Assembly (NCBI GenBank): GCA_965203055.1
Contig: OZ241863.1
Location: 4,064,001-4,128,000 of the forward strand
Direction of reading: 5' to 3'
From: Spirochaetia bacterium
GTDB taxonomy: Bacteria > Spirochaetota > Spirochaetia > SZUA-6 > Bin103
DNA: 64,000 nucleotides
The notes below the pieces were generated by a model. The model ran no database searches, was not told where the DNA came from, and saw only the letters and a program-made list of their open reading frames with translations. Of this stretch, positions 21,032 to 29,895 are shown in pieces (the first letter of the stretch is position 1; each line of letters begins with the position of its first letter). The translations under genes were made by a program, and so were the position numbers.

Positions 21032-21065
21032 CAGGTAACCTGATCTGTTTGGTCAAGATTACCTG
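21032..21065. promoter_or_regulatory. Imperfect inverted repeat, putative Rrf2 operator of the cys operon
   Basis: CAGGTAACCTGATC-TGTTT-GGTCAAGATTACCTG immediately upstream of the Rrf2 gene. Confidence 0.55.
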
Positions 21066-21156
21066 GGGCCTAATCTACGCCCCTCAGAGCCGCTCCGTCA
21101 ACCGGTACAGCAGCCGCCGCACCGTCTGGTTCGGAATCGCGAGCCGCGGCAGGTCA

Positions 21157-22293
21157 TCACGCACCGCGCGAATGCTGCAGCATTACTCCGGCGCCGTAGC
21201 ACAGCGCCCCGTCCGCGCCGCCGTACAGGACGGCGAATTGACCGCCGGCGATGCCGGCCGGCGGCTGATCGAACGTCAGTTGCAGCGCGGCGCCATTGCC
21301 GTTCGCCGCGGACAGGACCGCGAGCCGGCACGGCCGCGGCTGGTCGCCGTGGCGCACCCGCGCCAGCAGGGGCTGCGCCGGCAGCGCGTCCGGCGCCGGC
21401 GGCTCCAGCCAGTTGCAGTCGGCAAGCAGTACCGAACGCGGCGCCGCGGCGGCGGGATCGCGCGCCACGTATACCGTATTGGAGGAAACCTCCTTGGCCG
21501 CCACGTACCACGGGCCGTCGGCCAGCCCCAGCCCCTGGCGTTGGCCGATGGTGTGGAACCAGTGGCCGCGGTGCGAGCCGAGCAGCGCGCCGCCGGTCAG
21601 TTCGCGGATCGGCCCGGGCGCCTCGCCCAGGTGAGCGCGCACGAAGGCGGGATAGCTCAGCTTGCCGAGGAAGCAGATGCCCTGACTGTCCCGGCGGTCG
21701 CTCGGCGCCAGACCCCGCTCCCGCGCCAGCGCGCGCACCTGCTGCTTGCGCAGCCCGCCGAGCGGGAAGCGCAGCCGGCGGAGCTGGCCGCGCCGAAGAT
21801 AGGCCAGGAAGTAGCTCTGGTCCTTGACCGGGTCCACCCCGCGCAGCAGTCGGCAATGCCCGTCCGGCGCCGGCGCGAGGCGCGCGTAGTGCCCGCTGGC
21901 CACGGCGTCGTAGTCGGCGCCGATGCGGTCCACGAACGCGCCGAACTTGATCGTCCGGTTGCACAGCACGTCGGGACTCGGCGTGCGTCCGGCGCGCAAG
22001 GCGCGCAACACGTACTCCACCACCGCCTGCTGGTATTCGGTCTGCAAGGGAACCACCTGCAGCGGCACCCGCAACTCGCGGCACACCGCGCGGGCGTAGC
22101 GCAGGTCCTCCTCCCACGGGCAGTCGCCGAGGAACGCCAGCTCCTCCTCCAGCCAGATCTTCAGGTAGAACGCGGTGAGCCGATGGCCGGACTCGCGCAG
22201 CAGGGCCAGCGCCAGCGCGCTGTCGACCCCGCCCGAGAGCAGCACCGCGATGCGCTCGCGCCGCGGGCGCGCCGCCGCGGGCGCCGCCGTCAC
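21157..22293 (-). CDS. mnmA: tRNA 2-thiouridylase
   Basis: LSGGVDS, TPSPDVLCN, ASGHY, KDQSYFL, DSQGICF, TIGQRQGL. Confidence 0.95.
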   Translation of the reverse strand: MTAAPAAARPRRERIAVLLSGGVDSALALALLRESGHRLTAFYLKIWLEEELAFLGDCPWEEDLRYARAVCRELRVPLQVVPLQTEYQQAVVEYVLRALRAGRTPSPDVLCNRTIKFGAFVDRIGADYDAVASGHYARLAPAPDGHCRLLRGVDPVKDQSYFLAYLRRGQLRRLRFPLGGLRKQQVRALARERGLAPSDRRDSQGICFLGKLSYPAFVRAHLGEAPGPIRELTGGALLGSHRGHWFHTIGQRQGLGLADGPWYVAAKEVSSNTVYVARDPAAAAPRSVLLADCNWLEPPAPDALPAQPLLARVRHGDQPRPCRLAVLSAANGNGAALQLTFDQPPAGIAGGQFAVLYGGADGALCYGAGVMLQHSRGA

Positions 22294-23006
22294 GGGCCGC
22301 GCCGCCGGTGACGAACACCGCCGGCGGCGCCCACCAGTAGGTCGGTGACGCAGCCGGTAAAGAGGCCGTTCTCCACCACCCCGGGGATGGCCGCGAGCTC
22401 CGCTTCGCCGCGCGCGGCGTCGAAGGGAGCCGGCGGCCAGGCATCGACCAGCAGGTTGCCGTGATCGGTGATCACCGGTCCCTGCTTGCGCACCGCGATC
22501 CGCACCGCGCTGCGGAAGCCGCGCTGCCGCAGCGTAGCGCGCACCGGCGCGAGCGCCGCCGGCACCACTTCCACCGGCACCGGGCAGCGGCTGGCGAGGC
22601 GCGGCACCAGCTTCGATTCATCCACCACGATCACGTAGCGGCGGCTGGCCGCGGCCGCCACCTTCTCGCTGAGCAGGGCGCCGCCGCCGCCCTTGATCAG
22701 GTCCCAGGCCGGGTCTACCTCATCGGCGCCGTCGATGGTCAGATCGAGGGCGCCGGCTACCACCGGGTCGTTGAGGGTCACCAGGTTCAACCCCAGCTCC
22801 CAGCACTCGGTCTGGGTCTGCGTACTGGTGGGCACCAGGGCGAGGTCGCGCAACGTCCCATTGCGCACCCGCTCGGCGATGGCGCGCACCGCGTGCACCG
22901 CGGTGGAGCCGGTACCGAGCCCGATCCTCATCCCCGACTCCACCAGCGCCGCGGCGGCGCGGCCCGCCGCGGCCTTGGCCTGCGCCGCGCCCGGCGGGCC
23001 GCTCAC
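22290..23006 (-). CDS. rpiA: Ribose-5-phosphate isomerase A
   Basis: GLGTGST, IDGADEVD, IKGGGGAL, PGVVENGLF; GTGA overlap with the lysS stop. Confidence 0.95.
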   Translation of the reverse strand: MSGPPGAAQAKAAAGRAAAALVESGMRIGLGTGSTAVHAVRAIAERVRNGTLRDLALVPTSTQTQTECWELGLNLVTLNDPVVAGALDLTIDGADEVDPAWDLIKGGGGALLSEKVAAAASRRYVIVVDESKLVPRLASRCPVPVEVVPAALAPVRATLRQRGFRSAVRIAVRKQGPVITDHGNLLVDAWPPAPFDAARGEAELAAIPGVVENGLFTGCVTDLLVGAAGGVRHRRRGP

Positions 23007-24652
23007 GGCGCTGCCGCGGCGTACGGCGCCAGCAGCGGCGCGAGCCGGTCGCGTCCGCTGAGCAGGATGAAGTCGGCCAGGCGAGGCCCCCGATCGGCGC
23101 CGAGCAGCGCCCGATAGGCCGCCTTGAACAGCTCCTGGGGCGGCACCTCTTCCTCCTTGGCGATCGCATAGATGCGGTCGGCGAGGGAAGCGCCGTCGTG
23201 GCACTCCAGCCGGTCGAGCTCATGGTACAGCCGGCCAAGCGCCGCGGCCGCCGCCGGCGGCAGGGACGGAGGCGGATCGCCGGGACGCCGCAGGCGAAAG
23301 CGCATGGCCGGCGGGGCGTAGCCGGCCAGCCAGGCGGCGGCGGCCTCGGCCCGCGCCTCGAGGCGGCGGCGCGCGTCCGCGGCGGCGGGCGCCGCCAGCC
23401 CCAGCTCCCGCACCAGCGCGGCCGCCGCGGCGGCGTCGTCGCCGTCGCGGAGCTGGATCAGGTTGCACAGGTGGCGGAACGGCACCTGCGGCGCCATCCG
23501 GTCCGGCACGTCCTCGATCTGCGCCAGCTCGTAGGCGCGGCGCACGCGGTCGCGGCGTTTGGCTCCCATCCGCTCGGCGCCGAAGTACACCCGTTCGGCG
23601 CGGTCGTAGTCTTCGTAGATCTTCAGGACGTCGAGATCGAAGGAGACCACGAACTCCGCCTGGGGACGGGTAGCGGCGTAGAGAAACCGCACCACCTCCG
23701 GCTGATAGACGGTGAGCACCTGCTCGATGGTGACGGCGTTGCCGGCGGAGGAAGCGATCCGTCCGGCGCCCCCCTTGATGCCCACGTCGCCGTACAGGAA
23801 AGTGACCGGCGGTTCGCAGCCGTACACCTCACGGGCGATCGGGGCGCCGGTGTCGAAGGAACCGCCGGCGGTGAGGTGATCCTTGCCGGCCGGCTCGAAG
23901 TCCACCCCTTCGTGCGCCCAGCGCATCGGCCAGTCGACGCGCCACAGCAGCTTGACGGCGCCGGAGCGCGTCAGCTCCACTTGCTTCTCGCTTCCATCCA
24001 CGTCGCGGTAGGTCACGGTGTCGGCGCCGTCCCAATCCAGCACCGTGGTGTCGTCGGTACCGTCCAGCTCCGAATAGATCGTGATCGGCCAGTAGTCCTC
24101 CGGCAGCGGCGAGTCGCGGTGCCGGTCGAGGATGGCGCGGATCGCGCCGCGGCGCGCCAGGGCGGTGCGGATGCCGGCGGCGTAGCGCGCCGCCCGGTAG
24201 CGCTGGGCCTGGTACCGGTACTCGGGCCGAATCCCCAGCCGCGGCAGCACCTGCTCCAGGCTCCGCTCGAACCCGGCCGCGTAGTTGGGGGCGGCGCCGT
24301 AGGGATCCGGCACCGCCACTACCGGCTTGCGCAGGTGGCCGGCAAGCTCCTCCTGCCGCGGCAGGTTGGCGGGCACCTTGCGGAACACGTCGTAGTCGTC
24401 CCACGAGTAGATGAACCGCACCCGCCGGCCGCGGTCGCGCAGCGCGCGCGCCACCAACTCGGCGGACATCACCTCGCGCAAATGGCCGAAGTGAACCGTT
24501 CCGGAGGGCGCCACTCCGGACGCCACCACGTAACACTCGCGGTCGCCGCGCTGGCGGATGATGCGCTCGGCGGCGGCGTCAGCCCAGTGACCGGCGTGCA
24601 TGGCGGGCGCGCCCGAAGGTGGCGGCGCTGCGGCGGCTGCGGCCTGCGTCAT
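23003..24652 (-). CDS. lysS: Class I lysyl-tRNA synthetase
   Basis: HWAD, SGVAPSGTVHFGHLRE, WDDYDVFRKVP, WRVDWPMRW, FEPAGKDH, GPRL. Confidence 0.95.
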   Translation of the reverse strand: MTQAAAAAAPPPSGAPAMHAGHWADAAAERIIRQRGDRECYVVASGVAPSGTVHFGHLREVMSAELVARALRDRGRRVRFIYSWDDYDVFRKVPANLPRQEELAGHLRKPVVAVPDPYGAAPNYAAGFERSLEQVLPRLGIRPEYRYQAQRYRAARYAAGIRTALARRGAIRAILDRHRDSPLPEDYWPITIYSELDGTDDTTVLDWDGADTVTYRDVDGSEKQVELTRSGAVKLLWRVDWPMRWAHEGVDFEPAGKDHLTAGGSFDTGAPIAREVYGCEPPVTFLYGDVGIKGGAGRIASSAGNAVTIEQVLTVYQPEVVRFLYAATRPQAEFVVSFDLDVLKIYEDYDRAERVYFGAERMGAKRRDRVRRAYELAQIEDVPDRMAPQVPFRHLCNLIQLRDGDDAAAAAALVRELGLAAPAAADARRRLEARAEAAAAWLAGYAPPAMRFRLRRPGDPPPSLPPAAAAALGRLYHELDRLECHDGASLADRIYAIAKEEEVPPQELFKAAYRALLGADRGPRLADFILLSGRDRLAPLLAPYAAAAP

Positions 24653-24759
24653 CTCGCCGCCGAGTATAGAACCGCGCCGCAGCGCCGGCAATCGCGCCGC
24701 GCCATCCGCGCCATCCTCAGCGGTACCCTCATTGGGCATAGGACGGCTATCATAGGGAC

Positions 24760-25425
24760 GTGCCCTTGGGAAAGACGCTGCTAAAAACGTTGGTACTGGC
24801 CGTCGTGATCTGTGCCGGAGCGGTGGGCTGCGCCACGCGGGTGGCGATTTCGCCGGCCGACCAGGCGGCGGCCGCCGAGGCCGTCGCCGCCGGCCGGTGG
24901 CAGCCGCAAGTCGGAACCGCCTCCTGGTACGGGTCCGACTTTCACGGCCGCACCACCTCCAACGGCGAAACCTACGACATGTACGCGCATACCGCGGCGC
25001 ACAAGACGCTGCCGTTCAACACGGTGGTCCGGGTCACCCACCTTGCCACCGGCGCAGCCACCGAGGTGCGCATCAACGACCGCGGCCCGTTCGTGGGGGA
25101 GCGCATCATCGATCTGTCGCTGGCTGCCGCCCGCGATCTGGACATTGTGCGCACCGGCACGGCGCAAGTACGCATCGAGGTGATCCGTCCCGGCGACCCG
25201 CCGGCGGTCTACCTGATCCAGGTGGCCTCGTTCCGCGAGCACGACAATGCCCGCGCCCTGCTGGACCGGTTGCGGCGCGCCGGTTTCGCCGCGGAACTCC
25301 GCCAAGGCGGAGACTTTACCCGGGTAGTGATTCCGGGTCTCGACGCCAACGCCGCACTGCAGGTGCAACAACGCCTGCGGGAGCGGGGCTTTCCGGAGGG
25401 GCTGCGCCGCCCTGACAGCCGTTGA
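24760..25425 (+). CDS. rlpA: RlpA lytic transglycosylase lipoprotein with SPOR domain
   Basis: GTASWYG, TAAHKTLPF, RINDRGPF, RIIDLS; C-terminal YLIQVASF..HDNA SPOR domain. Confidence 0.92.
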   Translation: MPLGKTLLKTLVLAVVICAGAVGCATRVAISPADQAAAAEAVAAGRWQPQVGTASWYGSDFHGRTTSNGETYDMYAHTAAHKTLPFNTVVRVTHLATGAATEVRINDRGPFVGERIIDLSLAAARDLDIVRTGTAQVRIEVIRPGDPPAVYLIQVASFREHDNARALLDRLRRAGFAAELRQGGDFTRVVIPGLDANAALQVQQRLRERGFPEGLRRPDSR

Positions 25426-25700
25426 CCGGAACCGCAACGCCGCGGTTGGGCAGACTGGCAGCCGCTTCCGCGGTTCGTGACGGTGTGTCTATTCGAGCTG
25501 ATGCCAGAACACGGCTCCGGCATCGATGCTGTCGCCGATGCGGTCATCTCGCCGCAGGCCTGACACGACGGCGTAGGCGTTTCGGCCCGTGAATCGGGTC
25601 AGGAAATCCGCGTTCCGGAGCGCGCGCTTCGTATCTCGGCCGTTGGCGGTGAAGGCAGGCCGGGACGCCGTGTCAGCCTTGCCCGTTACGGAAAGCGCGC

Positions 25701-27671
25701 CTAATCCGCTGTCTGCGCCCGAATCTGCACCAGAAGCCGCTTGCCCTCCAGCGTTTGGCGCGCCCAATACAGGTTCTGGTACTGATCGTAGCCGCCCTCG
25801 CCCTCGCTCCCTGCCAGCCTTGCCGTGGCGGTCGCGGTGGTGCCGCCGCCCGGCGCCGCACCAAAGGTCACGGTTGGGGTAGTGGTGTAACCGCTCCCGC
25901 GGTCCGTGACCGTCACCGACGCTACGCGTAGCGCCGCGGTGCCGGCGGCCGTGGTACCGGCCCCCGGCGCTGCTCCAAAGGTGACGGTTGGGGCAGTGGT
26001 GTAACCGCTCCCACGGTCCGTGACCGTCACCGACGCTACGCGCAACGCCGCGGTGCCGGCGGCCGTGGTGCCGGCCCCCGGCGCTGCCGAAAGGGTCACG
26101 GTTGGGGCAGTGGTGTAGCCGCTCCCACGGTCCGTGACAATCACCGACGTTACGCAACGCCGCGGTGCCGGCGGCCGTGGTGCCGGCCCCCGGCGCTGCC
26201 GAAAAGGTCACGGTTGGGGCAGACGTGTAGCCGCTCCCACGGTTGGTGAACGTCACCGACGTTACGCCGGTTTGTATCGTTGTGCTCCCGGTGGCCGTGC
26301 CGCCGGTCGGCGGCGCGCTGAACGTCACGGTTGGGGCAGTGGTGTAGCCGGCCCCCGCGTTCGTGAGCGTCACTCCCTCTACTCTGGTGGTCCGCAACGT
26401 CGCGGTGGCGGTCGCGCCGGAGCCCCCTCCTCCCGAAAACGACACGGTTGGGGCAGTGGTGTAGCCGCTTCCCCGGTTCGTTATGCCCAGGGAAGTCACA
26501 GTATTTCCGCTTATCCCCGCCGTTGCGGTCGCCCGGGTGCCACCGGCCGGCGGCGCGCTGAACGTCACACTTGGAGCAGACGAGTAGAAGCTCCCCCCGG
26601 CCGTGAGAGTCAACGTCCCTACTTCTGATCGCAGCGTTGCGGTGCCGGTCGCCGTGGTGCCGCCGGTCGGCGCTGCTGCGAACGTCACGGTTGGAGCGGA
26701 CGTGTAGCCGCCCCCCCGGTTCGCCATCACCACTGCCGTGACGCGGCCGGGCCCCACCGCGGTGCCGGTCGCCGTGGTGCCGCCGGTCGGCGGCGCGCTG
26801 AACGTCACGGTGGGAACGGACGTATAGCCGCTTCCTCCGGTCCCGACCGTCACGGCATCGACGGCGCCCGCCGCGGTGCCGGTCGCCGTGGTCCCGCCGG
26901 TCGGCGGCGCGCTGAACGTCACGGTCGGAGCCGACGCATAGCCGCTTCCTGCGGTCCCGACCGTCACGGCATCGACGGCGCCCGCCGCGGTGCCGGTTGC
27001 CGTGGTCCCGCCGGTCGGCGCCGCGCTGAACGTCACGCTGGGAACCGACGCGTAGCCGCTTCCTGCGGTCCCGACCGTCACGGCGTCGACGGAGGCCACC
27101 GCGGTGCCGGTGGCTGTAGTGCCGCCGGACGGCGCCGCCTGGAACGTCACGCTGGGAACGGACGCATAGCCGCTCCCCGGGTTCCCTATCGTGACCGCCT
27201 CGACCGTGCCGACGGCGTCCGGCGCAACTGTGTCGGAGCCCGACTGATCCGGGGCGGTGAGCACCAGTACCACTGCGCCTGCCTGGACCTCATAGTCAAC
27301 CGTCCACTCCGCGCCGGTGAGGTCGGACGCGAAGACCGGCTTGGCGCTCGTGGTCGTGAACGGCGCCGGGTGCCCGCCGATCGACACCTCCACCTTCTCG
27401 CCCTCGCCGCCGGTGATCCGTTCCCAGGCATACGGCGCGGAACGGTTGGACGTTGCGCTCAGCAGGTCCGCGCCGTCACCAAAGTGAGCCGCGCTGATCG
27501 TCCAGCTCTTCTCGGCCGGCTGGGCCGGCTGCGGGGTTGGTGTCGGCTCGCTTGGCCCCCCCCTTGCGCCGGGTTGGCGGGCGCGGCGGGCGGGCGCGCC
27601 GCCTGCGTGCAAGCCATCAGCGCGCCGATACCGGCGGCCATCAACAGCGATAACAGCGACACTCTACCCAA
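25701..27671 (-). pseudogene. Repeat-rich surface lipoprotein (12 x ~38-aa GSGY repeats), interrupted by two frameshifts; possibly phase-variable
   Basis: GGAGGG RBS, TTG start at 27671 and an ALMAC lipobox. It is one base short at the G8 tract (27556-27563) and two bases short at ~26150. The repaired product is ~657 aa and aligns at both ends with 58243..59340. Confidence 0.8.
25810..27215 (-). repeat. Tandem ~114-bp coding repeats in two homogenised blocks
   Basis: 114-bp period seen directly (GTGTAACCGCTCCC at 25885 and 25999; GCCGCTTCCT at 26827 and 26941). Confidence 0.9.
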
Positions 27672-27821
27672 GATTCCCTCCTGCCGGCGGTTGGGCCCCG
27701 CGCCGGGTCGCGGCAACGATAGCACACGCTCCCCCAAGCTGACCATCCCATCCACCACACCAACCACACCACAGGGCGCCTTGAGCAGCGGCCCCAATCC
27801 TGCTATGCAGTGCGGTAACGG

Positions 27822-27895
27822 GCCCCAGTAGCTCAGTCGGATAGAGCATCGGTTTCCTAAACCGCAGGTCGGACGTTCGAGTCGTCTCTGGGGCA
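27822..27895 (+). tRNA. tRNA-Arg(CCT)
   Basis: GCCCCAG/CTGGGGC acceptor stem, anticodon loop TTCCTAA, GTTCGAG T-loop; CCA not encoded. Confidence 0.95.
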
Positions 27896-27897
27896 AA

Positions 27898-29541
27898 GTG
27901 CGCATCGCCCTCGCCCAGATCAATCCCACCGTCGGCGACTTCGCCGGCAACAGCGCCCTGATCCTGGCGCGGCTGGCGGAGGCGCGCGCGCAGCGCGCCG
28001 AGCTGGTGGTGTTCCCGGAGCTGTGCCTGTGCGGCTACCCGCCGATGGACCTGCTCGACCACGGTTCCTTCGTGGCGGAGAACCTCAAGGCCCTGCGCCG
28101 CATCCAGCGCGCCATGCCGGCCGAACTGGGGGCGGTAATCGGCTACGTCGACCGCAACCCCCGCGGCACCGGCAAGCGCCTGCTCAACGCCGCCGGCCTG
28201 CTCGCCGGCGGGCGCCTGCTGCACACCCAGGCCAAGACCCTGCTGCCCACCTACGACGTGTTCGACGAAGCGCGCTACTTCGAGCCCGCGGCGGAGCGGC
28301 GCACGGTGGAATTCGGGGGCGAACGCCTCGGTCTTGCCATTTGCGAAGATCTCTGGTGGGAGACCGAGCCCGACCCCGGCGCGCGCTACGCGGTCGATCC
28401 GGTGCGCGACTGCCTCGACGCCGGCGCCACCCTGCTGCTGGCGCCCTCCGCCTCGCCCTACCACCGCGGCAAGCCGGCCGTGCGCCGCCGGCTGCTGCAG
28501 CGCATCGGCGCCGCCGCCGGGGTGCCGGTGGTGTACGTCAACATGGTCGGCGGCAACGACGGCCTGCTGTTCGACGGGCAGTCGTTCGTCACCGGCGCCG
28601 GCGGCGACCTGGTGCTGCAGTGCGCCGGCTACCGGGAGCAACTGGCGGTGTGGGACAGCGCCGCGCCGGGCGGGCCGGCGGCGCCTCCCGCCGATGGCTG
28701 GGCCGAGCTGGAGCGCGCGCTGGGGATGGGGATTGCCGACTACCTGCGCAAGACCCGTCACCAGCGCGTGCACGTGGCGGTGTCGGGCGGCATCGATTCG
28801 GCGCTGGTCGCCGCGCTCGCGGCGCGCGCCCTCGGCCCCGAGCGGGTCGCCGCGTTTTCGCTGCCGTCGCGGTACTCGTCGCCGGGCAGCAAGTCGGACG
28901 CGGCGCTGCTCTGCGACCGGCTCGGAGTGGCGCTGCGCACCATCGCCATCGAGGAACTGTTCGCCGGCTACGAGCGCGCGCTGGCCCCGGTGTTCGCCGG
29001 CGCCCCGCCCGACCTCACCGAAGAGAACCTGCAGGCGCGCATCCGCGGCATGCTGATGATGGCGTTCTCCAACAAGACCGGCTCCATTCTGCTCGCCACC
29101 GGCAACAAGTCGGAACTGGCCACCGGCTACTCCACCCTGTACGGCGATCTGTGCGGCGGCCTGGCGCCGGTCGGCGACCTGCTCAAGACCGAGGTGTACG
29201 CCCTCTCCCGCGCCATCAACCACGCCGGCGAGATCATCCCCGCGGCCACGCTGAACAAACCGCCCTCCGCGGAACTGCGCCCCGGCCAGACTGACCAGGA
29301 CTCGCTGCCCGACTACGCGGTGCTCGACCGGATCTTGCAGCTCTACGTAATCGACAACCTCACCCGCAGCGAAATCGTCGCGCGCGGCTTCGACGACGCC
29401 ACCGTAGTCGACGTGCTGCGCCGCGTGGGACAGGCCGAGTACAAACGCCGCCAGGCGCCCACCATACTCAAGGTCTCCCCGCGCGCCTTCGGCACCGGCC
29501 GCCGGTTCCCCATCGCCCGCGAAATCCACGAAGTCGCATGA
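27898..29541 (+). CDS. nadE: Glutamine-dependent NAD+ synthetase
   Basis: MRIALAQINPTVGD, FPEL..CGYPP, ICEDLW, SGGIDS, ENLQARIRG, TGNKSE, KRRQAP. Confidence 0.96.
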   Translation: MRIALAQINPTVGDFAGNSALILARLAEARAQRAELVVFPELCLCGYPPMDLLDHGSFVAENLKALRRIQRAMPAELGAVIGYVDRNPRGTGKRLLNAAGLLAGGRLLHTQAKTLLPTYDVFDEARYFEPAAERRTVEFGGERLGLAICEDLWWETEPDPGARYAVDPVRDCLDAGATLLLAPSASPYHRGKPAVRRRLLQRIGAAAGVPVVYVNMVGGNDGLLFDGQSFVTGAGGDLVLQCAGYREQLAVWDSAAPGGPAAPPADGWAELERALGMGIADYLRKTRHQRVHVAVSGGIDSALVAALAARALGPERVAAFSLPSRYSSPGSKSDAALLCDRLGVALRTIAIEELFAGYERALAPVFAGAPPDLTEENLQARIRGMLMMAFSNKTGSILLATGNKSELATGYSTLYGDLCGGLAPVGDLLKTEVYALSRAINHAGEIIPAATLNKPPSAELRPGQTDQDSLPDYAVLDRILQLYVIDNLTRSEIVARGFDDATVVDVLRRVGQAEYKRRQAPTILKVSPRAFGTGRRFPIAREIHEVA

Positions 29542-29895
29542 CGCCGGAAAGTCGCGATCTGTTGGCTGATCTTCCCACAGTAGCGTTTCTCAGGCTTCGA
29601 CAGCGGTTCTTCGACTCCGGTGGACGTCCCATACCCTTCCAGTTACGCGACAAGCGGAACACGCAGGACGATCCCCTCGATGAGTTCCTGGCGGTCAATG
29701 TCCTCGCCCACCTCGAGGGCGTTACGTGTATCCGAGCGCCCGGTATCCGAAGGTGCCTCTCACACGTATTACTGTTACCGTCATCGCCGGGACGGCAACG
29801 ATCCAATGCGCGAATTGGTAGACCCGTTCCCAACCCCGCTGCGTGATACGCGAACCCGGCCGCGCGGCCGCTTCACGCTTCCGTTTACGCTGTAG
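29538..29895 (+). pseudogene. Probable internally deleted restriction-endonuclease remnant
   Basis: ATGA overlap with nadE. A protein-like N-part (…RDKRNTQDDPLDEFL…CIRAPG) is joined out of frame to a C-part (…TYYCYR…DPFPTP…RPRGRFTLPFTL). Convergent with the methyltransferase; lower GC. Confidence 0.45.

Noticed and set aside
25810..27215. Repeats considered as a CRISPR array or DGR template/variable repeats
   Set aside because: Contiguous coding repeats without spacers; differences are not adenine-restricted; no cas or reverse transcriptase gene in the window
27822..27895. tRNA genes as att sites of an integrated element
   Set aside because: No duplicated tRNA 3' end and no integrase found in the window
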